64,000 nt of DNA, taken from NCBI GenBank assembly GCA_965216545.1, contig OZ244172.1, positions 4,841,997 through 4,905,996 on the forward strand, read 5' to 3'. The number at the start of each line of letters is the position of its first letter. Position 1 is the first letter of the stretch. A model generated the notes under the pieces. That model was given only the letters and a program-made list of their open reading frames with translations, searched no databases and was not told the origin of the DNA. The stretch is from Bryobacterales bacterium. GTDB taxonomy: Bacteria; Acidobacteriota; Terriglobia; Bryobacterales; UBA6623. Shown piece after piece: positions 19,372 through 27,691 of this stretch. A program made the position numbers and the translations under genes.

Positions 19372-19907
19372 ATGCCCAGGACGGCGCGGGTGGTTGTGGT
19401 CGGCGCACCGCGCAACCTCACCCAGCGCGGCAACGACCGCCAGTCCATCTCCCTCGCGGACGCCGATCGGCGAACCTTCCTTGAGCGCCTCGAGCAGGAT
19501 TGCCAAACCTGCGGCGTTCGTCCTCATCGCCGTTCGTGTCCTCTAGGGACGGATCACTTGGTCCCGGCGCTGCTTTGCGTCGACTGCAATCCGGTCCGCG
19601 CCGGCATGGTGGGCGAGGCGGCGGAGTACCCCTGGTCAAGCGCGCCGGCGCACGCGGCCAGCGGCGGCGACCGCTTCGTCGACTGGAAGCTGTTGGCGGA
19701 AGTACGGGGGCGGTTGGCGGGGCGGAGGCGCTGGGCCGCGGCCCCGGCAAGGATGCCGAAGACGGGCTGAGGGCGGCGACCTACCACGCGGGCAGACCGC
19801 TTGGCAACGAGGCGTTCGTCCGGGAAATCGAGCGCCAAACGGGGCGGCGGCTGCGTCGGGGCAGACCCGGGCCCAAGCCCAGGAGCCGCGGTGCCGCTAC
19901 GCCCTGA
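19372..19907 (+). pseudogene. decayed REP-associated tyrosine transposase (RAYT, IS200/IS605 Y1-like, COG1943) gene
   Basis: MPRTARVVVVGAPRNLTQRGNDRQSISLADADRRTFLERLEQDCQTCGV matches the RAYT N-terminus. The HUH region is collapsed (GTDHLV) and runs straight into NPVRAGMVGEAAEYPWSSAPAH. The C-terminal TYHAGRPLGNEAFVREIERQTGRRLRRGRPGPKP is in another frame (ORF 19500..19907). Confidence 0.6.
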
Positions 19908-20458
19908 GGTCGTTTGTCTTGAATAAGATGAGACGGTCACTCAGGATTCAATTCGGGCTCCGTCCCCGAACTCCCTTCCTCCATAGACTTGACTTAGCTC
20001 CGATCGATCCGACCGTGTCGAGGAGTGTCCCCTTTTCCGGCCCCGGTCAGCAACTAGAGGAATGGAACGCCACCGAGCTCAAAACACAAGGCTTAAGGCA
20101 TAGCACAGCGGCCCGGCCCACCTGGTGGCGAGTCTCGAATGTACGTTTTCGCACACCTGGCCGGGAGCGCCATCTCATTTCTCATGAGTCACTTCGGCTC
20201 GACGCCCCAACCCACGCTGATCCCGCGGGCGTAAGCTGGAGCCGCGAGCCGGCGCCGACCCAACCCGGAAACCCCTCCGCGCCCCGGAGGCGCGGGCAGC
20301 CAGCCTGGGGGCGCCCCTTGGGCATCGCGCTCCGCTTCGACTGGCCGTGCGCCCTGGCAAATGTCGGGTTTTGTCCGAAAATGTCAGGAAGATCCAGGGA
20401 GCGGCCCGCCGACGAGCGCCATCCACGGGCTCCAACAAATCGCTAAGCTGGAACCGTC

Positions 20459-21922
20459 ATGGCCGAATCCTGTGAACTCTCCGTATCTCGCCGCGGCTTC
20501 GTCAAGGCCGCTGGCGCCGCATCCGTGATGGCCCAGGCGGCCCAACGCGCTTACGGCGCCAACGAGCGCTCGCGCGTTGGCTTCATCGGAGTGGGCAACC
20601 GCGGCTTTGGCGGCCACGTGCGGCGCGCCGCCAACGCCAAGGAGCTCGGCGCCAACATCGATCTGGTCGCCGTCTGCGACGTCTACGAGGGCCATCGCGA
20701 CCGCGCCGCCGACTACATCAACTCGCAGATCGGCGTCCGCCCCAAAACCTATCTCGACTACCAGGACATGCTCGGCGCCGAGAACCTCGACGCGGTTTTC
20801 ATCGGCACGCCCGACCACTGGCACGCCAAGATGGCGATCGACGCCATGCGCGCCGGTCTGCACGTGTACTGCGAGAAGCCCATGACGAAGACGGTCGAAG
20901 AAGCGTTCGCCGTGGTCGACGCCTGGAACCAGAGCGGCAAGGTGATGCAAGTGGGCGTGCAGTCGACGAGCCTGCCCGTGTGGGGCAAGGCCAACGAGAT
21001 GATTCGCGACGGCAAGCTGGGCAAGCTGATCCAGTTTCAGACCGAGTTCTACCGCAATACCAACTTCGGCCAATGGCGCAACCGCAAGCTCACACCAGAG
21101 ATGACGCCCGATTCGATCGACTGGAAGCGCTGGCTCGGCGTTGAGCACGGCTTGGCGCCCGAGGCGCCGTTCGACCGCGCCGTGTTCGTGCAGTGGCGCG
21201 CCTACTGGCCCTACGGCGCCGGCATGTACACCGACCTGTTCGTCCACCGCACCACGTCCATGCTCAAGGCGACCGGCCTGCGCCTGCCTGGCCGGGTCGT
21301 CGGGGCGGGCGGTATCTTCTATGAGTACGACGGCCGCGACGTGCCCGATGTGGCGACTGTTGTGGCGGACTTCAACGAGGGCGTGCAACTGATCATCACA
21401 GCTTCGATGGTCACCTCGGGGACCCCGATCAAGCAGCTCATCCGCGGGCACACCGGCTCGTTCGTCTTTGGCAACGGCGAGGAGTTCACCGGGTTCGACT
21501 ATGTGCCCGAGGCGGCCAACGTCACCGGCGATCCGACGCTGCAGGCCGGCCGGATCGAGGCCGGCGAGGTGAAAGACACCTCCCAAGCCCACGTCGACAA
21601 CTTCCTTGCCGCGGTGGCGGCGGACGATCCAGGGGCGTGTAACAATCCGCCTGATCTCGGCGCGGCGGCTGTGACGACGGTCAATCTGGGCGCCCGCAGC
21701 TATCGCAAGGGCAAGGTGCAATTCCTCGACCCCCAGACGCGCGAGATCTCGACCGTCGACCCAGGTTGGTCGGAGAAGTGGGAGGCCAGGTCACGCGCCG
21801 GCGCCTCGCCGGGGCACGTGCCGGGTTGGCGCGCCGGCGAGCGCGGCAGCCGGCTCGACACGCTCGACCACATGCGACTGGGCGGCCCTTGGGTCGACGG
21901 CAAGGCCCCGGAATCGCGCTAG
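20459..21922 (+). CDS. Gfo/Idh/MocA-family oxidoreductase, Tat-exported
   Basis: VSRRGFVKAAGAASVMAQAA is a Tat signal. RVGFIGVGNRGFGGH is a Rossmann motif, followed by FIGTPDHWHAKMAIDAMRAGLHVYCEKPMT. Confidence 0.9.
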   Translation: MAESCELSVSRRGFVKAAGAASVMAQAAQRAYGANERSRVGFIGVGNRGFGGHVRRAANAKELGANIDLVAVCDVYEGHRDRAADYINSQIGVRPKTYLDYQDMLGAENLDAVFIGTPDHWHAKMAIDAMRAGLHVYCEKPMTKTVEEAFAVVDAWNQSGKVMQVGVQSTSLPVWGKANEMIRDGKLGKLIQFQTEFYRNTNFGQWRNRKLTPEMTPDSIDWKRWLGVEHGLAPEAPFDRAVFVQWRAYWPYGAGMYTDLFVHRTTSMLKATGLRLPGRVVGAGGIFYEYDGRDVPDVATVVADFNEGVQLIITASMVTSGTPIKQLIRGHTGSFVFGNGEEFTGFDYVPEAANVTGDPTLQAGRIEAGEVKDTSQAHVDNFLAAVAADDPGACNNPPDLGAAAVTTVNLGARSYRKGKVQFLDPQTREISTVDPGWSEKWEARSRAGASPGHVPGWRAGERGSRLDTLDHMRLGGPWVDGKAPESR

Positions 21923-22110
21923 GGCGGCTGGCTCCAATCTTCACACGCCTGTTCCAGACGTCTCGTCAAGCCGTCTCATCTGAGACAGCGCGGCCGCCTG
22001 CGCTCCTTTCCTATGCCTAGACGAATCAGCCACTTAGGGCGATCGTCCCGTTTGGCCCTCGGCCTGCTTCCTCTCAGGGCAAACCCCCAGAAGAAAGGCG
22101 GCAGACAATT

Positions 22111-22317
22111 GTGATGAAGAAGTGGGAGAGATCCAAAGTGGCGACCAACCTGATCTACCAAGCGATCACGGAGCTGCGCTCCGAGCTAGCACTGCTTGAT
22201 ACCACCATCGAGCAAGTCGAGGCGCTTGCGGAGGACCCGCCGCGCCGCGTTCGTCCGCGCAAACCGGAGCTCAACCGGCCCTTGCGCGTGCAAACGAACG
22301 GCAGCAGTCCGCACTAG
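22111..22317 (+). CDS. small hypothetical protein (68 aa), uncertain
   Basis: ORF from the track only, with a non-repetitive helical-looking sequence (LIYQAITELRSELALLDTTIEQVEALAED). No homology recognised. Confidence 0.3.
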   Translation: MMKKWERSKVATNLIYQAITELRSELALLDTTIEQVEALAEDPPRRVRPRKPELNRPLRVQTNGSSPH

Positions 22318-22506
22318 ACGGACTACCCGCCGGTCCCAACTCGCAGGAGGAGCCGGCAACAACATCCCAAGCGCCAGGGCGTCGAGGGAGAGCGACGCCC
22401 GACCCTCCTACGGAGGCGCTTGGAAAGCCGGCCGCGGCTCGGCCTACGGGGGGACGGGCCGCGCGCCGGTCGATTCCAGTCACGACAAATCGCTACAATC
22501 ATCCTC

Positions 22507-23892
22507 GTGCGTTTGACCACGAGCTTCGCTTTGATCCTCGGCCTCGCCGCCCCGCTCGGGGCCCAACAGAGCCCGGCCGCCCAGGCTCCGAACGTTCTCT
22601 TCGTTACGATCGACACGCTGCGTGCGGATCACCTCTCGTCCTGGGGCTACCACCTCGAGACGAGCCCCAACATGGACCGCCTCGCAGCCGAGGGCGTGCG
22701 CTACGCCAACGCTTACACCGTTACCTCGCGTACGGCGCCGTCGCACTTCTCCATGTTCACCAGCCGCTACCCGCAAGAGCACGGGGCCAAGCTCAACGGC
22801 TTCGCCGTGCCGCAGGACTCGAAATTCCTCATGCTGCCGCAGGTGCTCAAGAAGTTCGGCTATAGGAACGGCGCTTTCGTGAGCGCCTGGCCGTTGACCA
22901 AGAAGCTGACCAAGATGGACCAGCACTTCGACGTCTACGACGAGGACCTCAGCCGCAGCTACCAGACCATCAACTCGATGCGTTGGGCCGAAGATGTCAC
23001 GCCGCGAGCCATCGACTGGATCAAACGCAACAAGAAAGGCCCGTTCTTCGCCTGGGTGCACTACTTCGACCCGCACTCGCCCTACGATCTGCGGCCGGAG
23101 TTCAAGGCGACCAAGGCCACCGGCGCACCCGACCGCACCAAAGAGCGCGGCCAGCACGTGGTGATGAAGGACCTCCAAGCCTACAATTCCGAGATCCTCT
23201 ACACCGATCACTGGGTGGGCAAGCTCGTCGACGCGCTCGACGCCGAAGGCTTGAAGGAGAACACGCTGGTGATCATCACCTCCGACCACGGCGAGATGAT
23301 TGGCGAGAGAGGCTACCAGGGGCACAGCCACCGGCTCTACGAGTCGGTCGTACACATTCCACTGATCGTGCGCATGCCGGGTACGGTGGTGGAAGGCGAG
23401 ACGGTGACCACGCGCGTCTCGACGCTCGACTTGATGCCCACGATTCTTGACATGACCGTGAAGAAGGCGGACTCGAGCGCCAAGATCCCCTCCGACATGG
23501 CCGGCCGTAGCCTAGCAGCGAACCTGGAGAAGGGCGAAGAAGCGCCCGATCGCACGGTGCGCTACGTAGCGTTCGGCGGCCAGAAATGGTTCATGCCCGG
23601 TTGGCTCGCCAAGCTCTGGCTGCGGGACCTGGACTTCCCGCTCAAAGTCGGTTATCGCACCGGAGATAAGAAAGTCATCTGGACGCCCGAGAAAGACGAG
23701 ATGGAGATCTTTAATCTCGGTCGCGATCCGCTCGAGAACACCGCTGCGACCCCGGACGAGGACGACAAGGTGTACGCGACCGAAAGCGACCGCATGACGA
23801 AATGGTTCAAGGCCACGCACCTGGCCAACGGCGAAAACCGCATGGACGCCAAAGACCAAGAGGCGCTCAAGAGCCTGGGGTACATCCAGTAA
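22507..23892 (+). CDS. sulfatase-like hydrolase/transferase (alkaline-phosphatase superfamily) with Thr at the nucleophile position
   Basis: ORF 22420..23892. GTG 22507 gives the signal VRLTTSFALILGLAAPLGAQQ. NVLFVTIDTLRADHL...TSRTAPSHFSMFTSRYPQEHG aligns to the sulfatase CSPSR motif but reads TAPSH. Confidence 0.85.
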   Translation: MRLTTSFALILGLAAPLGAQQSPAAQAPNVLFVTIDTLRADHLSSWGYHLETSPNMDRLAAEGVRYANAYTVTSRTAPSHFSMFTSRYPQEHGAKLNGFAVPQDSKFLMLPQVLKKFGYRNGAFVSAWPLTKKLTKMDQHFDVYDEDLSRSYQTINSMRWAEDVTPRAIDWIKRNKKGPFFAWVHYFDPHSPYDLRPEFKATKATGAPDRTKERGQHVVMKDLQAYNSEILYTDHWVGKLVDALDAEGLKENTLVIITSDHGEMIGERGYQGHSHRLYESVVHIPLIVRMPGTVVEGETVTTRVSTLDLMPTILDMTVKKADSSAKIPSDMAGRSLAANLEKGEEAPDRTVRYVAFGGQKWFMPGWLAKLWLRDLDFPLKVGYRTGDKKVIWTPEKDEMEIFNLGRDPLENTAATPDEDDKVYATESDRMTKWFKATHLANGENRMDAKDQEALKSLGYIQ

Positions 23893-24005
23893 CTCCACGG
23901 CGGTGAGAGCGACCCGGAGGGGCGCGCGATGGCGCGCCTCGCGGTGATCTATTCACACCTCCCAGACCTATCTGGCTTCGTCACCAGCATTCCTAGCTTC
24001 TCCCC

Positions 24006-25241
24006 ATGTGTTCCAACTCAACGGATGGGATCACTTCCGCCGCCCAGCCCGCTGGCGTCCCGAAAGCTCCGGCAGCCCCGGCACAAACTATTGCATTGTG
24101 GGAAGAGCTCGGGAGTTCGGTGACTGGGCGAAACGGTGACCGCTGTCCCGTTTTCGTCAAGAAGAGAGTTGTACGCGATCTGACCGGATCGCACCGGTTA
24201 TTGAGCCTGTTTCATTTCCCTTACAACCAAGCCGGCATCGAGGGCCAGCCGAGCGTCACCATCAACACTGGCCCGGACGGCGTCGCGAGGGCGACCTTCA
24301 CCCTGGGCGCGGAAGAGGCCATCGCCGGCCACTCGGTGGTGGCGGACACGGTCGGCAACACCGGCCCGACGGTGAGCTTCACGGCCACCGCTCAGGTGCC
24401 GGGCGACCCGGCCGAGACGAGCGTGAGCGGCGTGGTGCTCGATAATCCGAACAACCCGGTGCCCGGCGTCACGGTCTCGATCGTCGAGACGGGGCTGGCC
24501 GTGCAGACGACCGCGCAGGGCCAGTTCTCGCTGCAGCCGGCGCCGGTGGGCGAGATGCACTTGCACGTGGACGGCACGACGGCGACGCGGCCCGGCTCCT
24601 GGGCCTCGCTCGAGTTCCAGATGGTGACCGTGCCCGGGCGCGACAACACGCTCGGCATGCCGGTCTACGTGCTGCCGCTGGACTGGCCGAACGGCATCCA
24701 CGTCACCGAGACATTGGGCGGGACTCTGACGATCCCGGGCATGCCAGGCTTTTCGCTCGAAGTAGCCCCGGGGTCGGCGACCTTCCCGGACGGATCGCGG
24801 GAGGGCGACGTCTCAGTGACGCTGGTGCATGCGGACAAGGTGCCGATGACGCCGAACTTCGGGCAGCAGCCGCGCATGGTGATCACGGTGCAGCCTCCGG
24901 GCGTGCACTTTGACCCGCCAGCAAAGGTGACCTACCCGAACCTGGACGGCAACCGCGTGGGCGAGACAGTCGAGCTGTACTCGTTCGACCACGACATGGA
25001 GCGGTTTGTTACGAGCGGCACGGCGTCGGTCAGCGAGGACGGGCTGCTGGTGGCGGCGGATGCGGGATCGGGGATTCGGAAGGGGGGCTGGCAGTGCGCG
25101 GGCGGGGCAGCCGCCGCCGACGGGGACGTGTCAGCCGATCACTGTTGTCATAAGTCCGGATCCCGTTGTCCTCTTTCTAGACGAAACGGTCCCGGTCACT
25201 GCGTCCGGGATGCCAGGCCCAGATGGGAATCCCGCCTTTGA
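24006..25241 (+). CDS. N-terminal (high-G+C) part of a frameshifted large surface/toxin-like protein: Ig-like and carboxypeptidase-regulatory-like beta-sandwich repeats
   Basis: SGVVLDNPNNPVPGVTVSIVETGLAVQTTAQGQFSL is CarboxypepD_reg-like, flanked by Ig-like segments. There is no N-terminal signal peptide, so the first ~75 codons may be non-coding remnant. Reading continues in the frame of ORF 25006..26367 after about 25082-25125. Confidence 0.6.
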   Translation: MCSNSTDGITSAAQPAGVPKAPAAPAQTIALWEELGSSVTGRNGDRCPVFVKKRVVRDLTGSHRLLSLFHFPYNQAGIEGQPSVTINTGPDGVARATFTLGAEEAIAGHSVVADTVGNTGPTVSFTATAQVPGDPAETSVSGVVLDNPNNPVPGVTVSIVETGLAVQTTAQGQFSLQPAPVGEMHLHVDGTTATRPGSWASLEFQMVTVPGRDNTLGMPVYVLPLDWPNGIHVTETLGGTLTIPGMPGFSLEVAPGSATFPDGSREGDVSVTLVHADKVPMTPNFGQQPRMVITVQPPGVHFDPPAKVTYPNLDGNRVGETVELYSFDHDMERFVTSGTASVSEDGLLVAADAGSGIRKGGWQCAGGAAAADGDVSADHCCHKSGSRCPLSRRNGPGHCVRDARPRWESRL

Positions 25242-26367
25242 CTGGACGATACAAGATCCGTCAATCCTCACATTTGCCAGCGGACCTCAGAGTGGCGGGC
25301 CGGGGCTTAGTTCTGCTCAGCTGGATGGCAACGAACCCGGAACAACAACGCTGATGGCCCAATACACGAATGACGAAGACCAGACAGGTACGGGGTCCGC
25401 AAATGTTTCCATCGTGAAACTTGAATTTCGTGATACTGATAAGGACGTCGAGATACTAGAAGGTGACATCGCCGCAATCACCGAAGAGCCGAAGATGCCG
25501 GCTCTCAGGGCAAGGCTCATCGGTGGATCACCGGATTTTAACGTCGAATGGCGGCTGACAACTCGCTACCAAACACCCGGAAACTTGCCCGACACTTCTC
25601 CGAGAAATGACGTGTGCGAGTTCCCAGAAAGCGACCCTAAGGTACTGGCCGGTGACAAACCTTGGGTTATAGCGAACGACTGGGGCGACCAGTTCTGTGG
25701 AGGCGATGCCACGCTGAGCTATAAACTAGCGGACAAACCCGCGCGAACACTTCAATTTGAGATACAGGGGGAGAACCCTGAAGCGCAGAGTACCGTACGC
25801 AACTTCTTGGGCAGGCTGCGCGTCCAGTTAATCGCGCACCAAGAATCCCGCTTTCAGCAATTCCAAACACTGTCTGGGTTCGTGTCCTCTTATGAAGTCG
25901 GACCATTTAGTGTACTGCGGTCCGTCGATGAGGGCTACGGGCTAGGGCAATTGACAAATACTCCCATTCCTTCCTCGCAAGAACTCTGGAACTGGAAGCT
26001 TAACGCCCTTGCGATCATTGACCGGGCTATCACGGCCCTTAATGATACTCTTGCTTATCGGAATCAAGTTGTTAACGGATTGCCGTGGGATGGCCAAACG
26101 GGAGGGACCCCGGAGACGCCCGCGGAGGGTGTCGCCGCGCCAGATGCATCGCCATTCACTTTCGATCAGATCGACATGGAGGTATGGGCGCGTTACAACG
26201 GTGGATTTCGATACCACAACTGGGACCCAGAAGAAGGTCAGTGGGTGGAAAGACCGAATAATTCCGCGCCGGGGCAGAGCACGGGGAACGACTATGCCGA
26301 GCTGTTGGCACCGCGAAGGGATGCGATCGTTAACTCAAATCAGTTTCCTCCGCTCTGGATACCATGA
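25006..26367 (+). CDS. C-terminal (low-G+C) part of the same protein: Big_2-like domain plus lysozyme/SLT-like domain (putative)
   Basis: ITVVISPDPVVLFLDETVPVTASG...GTTTLMAQY is Big_2-like. LQFEIQGENP...IAHQESRFQQF...GYGLGQLTN...ELWNWKLN carries the E-S...GLxQ pattern of lytic transglycosylase/lysozyme-like folds. Only the part after about 25100 is likely translated. Confidence 0.6.
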   Translation: MLRAARRRSARTGCWWRRMRDRGFGRGAGSARAGQPPPTGTCQPITVVISPDPVVLFLDETVPVTASGMPGPDGNPAFDWTIQDPSILTFASGPQSGGPGLSSAQLDGNEPGTTTLMAQYTNDEDQTGTGSANVSIVKLEFRDTDKDVEILEGDIAAITEEPKMPALRARLIGGSPDFNVEWRLTTRYQTPGNLPDTSPRNDVCEFPESDPKVLAGDKPWVIANDWGDQFCGGDATLSYKLADKPARTLQFEIQGENPEAQSTVRNFLGRLRVQLIAHQESRFQQFQTLSGFVSSYEVGPFSVLRSVDEGYGLGQLTNTPIPSSQELWNWKLNALAIIDRAITALNDTLAYRNQVVNGLPWDGQTGGTPETPAEGVAAPDASPFTFDQIDMEVWARYNGGFRYHNWDPEEGQWVERPNNSAPGQSTGNDYAELLAPRRDAIVNSNQFPPLWIP

Positions 26368-26650
26368 TCGAAGCAACTGCACGCACAATAAAGCTGGCGA
26401 TTGCGATTTTCGCCATAGCATCGCTAGCGCGGTCCCAAGGATTTAAGCCGGTAACCGGACAGCCCGAGAATGGTGCCGCTGCAGTGTACTACGACATATT
26501 AACAGACGGTCGCGTGGTCAAAGTGGACTTTCTGACCGCTGTCGGAGAGCTGGTCGGCACTCTCTCGTGGGAAGGCGACACGCCTCCCGTAGTACTGGGC
26601 GGCTTGGTGGATCCAGACAGGGAGATCGTCGCATTGCTAATTAGGGATAG
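26364..26650 (+). pseudogene. 5' part of an exported 400-aa hypothetical protein (candidate immunity/partner) split by IS1595 insertion
   Basis: The ATG overlaps the upstream stop (ATGA at 26364-26367). Signal peptide MIEATARTIKLAIAIFAIASLARSQG. The reading frame is interrupted at 26651 by the IS; track ORF 26364..26807 reads on into IS sequence. Confidence 0.75.
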
Positions 26651-27683
26651 AGTGGGGTATCCACTTGACTCAGGTGGCCCCAACATCTTGTGGTCGGCCT
26701 TACCCCGGTTCGGCGTCCCAATCGGCCACGATCGAGCGGTACGGCGTCGGCTCGACCGCGACAGCTTGCTGAACGAGGCGGTAGAACAGCTTGCCGCGGC
26801 TGCGTGAGCTGCGGCGGTTGAAGCGGAACACGAATTCATCGAGGTAGTAGTCGAGATGCTCGCGGCTGATCGCGCCTTGGTGGGTGCCGAGCATCCAACG
26901 CTTGAGCAGCGAGATCGCCTTGTGGACCCGCGGCAGCAGCTCCGACGCCTCCTTGCGCCGCCCCGACAAAAAGACGATGCGATGCCGGTAGCCCTTCTTC
27001 TCGAGCGGCTCGTAGCCCAGCCAGCCATCGCTGTGCAGCAGGCTGCCCGGCTCGACCGACTCCTCCACGAAAGGGATCAGACTGGCCCCCGAGGCGTCGC
27101 GCACGCGACGCATGCGCAGGCGTCCCATCCCGGCGCCCTTCTCCTCCACGGCCACTGCAATCAGCGCTTTGCGCTCGGTCTGACGGCCGGAAACGCCTTC
27201 TTCCGGGCCGCCCCAATAGGTCTCGTCGACCTCCACCACGCCGCTGAGCCGCTCGCGTCCGGGACGCACCATCGCCCGGCGCAGCTTGTGCAGCCAAGTC
27301 CAGGCCGTCTGATAGCTGCCGAGGCCCAGCACGCGCTGCAACCCCAGCGCGCTCGTCCCGTTCTTCTGCGCCGTCACATGCCACATCGCCCGAAACCAAA
27401 GCCGTAGCGGTTTACGAGTGTCTTGAAAGATCGTGCCGGCGGTCGCCGAGGTCTGCCGTCCGCAACGGGCGCACTCCAGCCTAACTTTGCGCACCGGCCA
27501 CGCCCGCCCATGGCCGCAAGCCGGGCAGCGAAACCCGTCGGGCCAACGCAGCCTCACCAGGTAGTGGCGGCACGCCTCCTCGGTCGCGAAACGGGCCTCG
27601 AACTCCACCAGATCACGCGGATAATCCTCCACAGCGCCGCATACTACATCTTGGGGTCACCTGAGTTAAGTGGATACCCCACT
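26651..27683 (-). mobile_element. IS1595-family (ISXO2-like) insertion sequence, apparently intact, 1033 bp
   Basis: Terminal inverted repeats are AGTGGGGTATCCACTTGACTCAGGTGGCCCCAA (left) and AGTGGGGTATCCACTTAACTCAGGTGACCCCAA (right, reverse complement). A perfect 8-bp target duplication AGGGATAG sits at 26643-26650 and 27684-27691. Confidence 0.9.
26700..27632 (-). CDS. IS1595-family transposase (Zn-ribbon + DDE)
   Basis: RWPDGFRCPACGHGRAW...LECARCGRQTSATAGTIFQDTRKPLRLWF...VEVDETYWGG...LHSDGWLGY...LDYYLDEFVFRFNRR. GTG start. Confidence 0.9.
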   Translation of the reverse strand: MEDYPRDLVEFEARFATEEACRHYLVRLRWPDGFRCPACGHGRAWPVRKVRLECARCGRQTSATAGTIFQDTRKPLRLWFRAMWHVTAQKNGTSALGLQRVLGLGSYQTAWTWLHKLRRAMVRPGRERLSGVVEVDETYWGGPEEGVSGRQTERKALIAVAVEEKGAGMGRLRMRRVRDASGASLIPFVEESVEPGSLLHSDGWLGYEPLEKKGYRHRIVFLSGRRKEASELLPRVHKAISLLKRWMLGTHQGAISREHLDYYLDEFVFRFNRRSSRSRGKLFYRLVQQAVAVEPTPYRSIVADWDAEPG

Positions 27684-27691
27684 AGGGATAG

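Noticed and set aside
23917-23940. GC hairpin (GGCGCGC-gatg-GCGCGCC) after the sulfatase-like gene as a terminator or island border repeat.
   Set aside because: It has no U-tract and no similarity to the tRNA-Asp 3' end. This is insufficient to call either.
25082-25125. Programmed ribosomal frameshift joining the two halves of the toxin-like gene, and likewise at 5070-5080 in the RidA gene.
   Set aside because: No slippery heptamer with a downstream structure was recognisable. Homopolymer G runs and a TA duplication are more simply explained by mutation or sequencing error.
26364-26807. Track ORFs 26364..26807 and 27423..28607 taken as two independent genes.
   Set aside because: Their distal and proximal parts are read-through of the IS1595 element ends. 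Removing the IS and one TSD copy fuses the genuine parts in frame.
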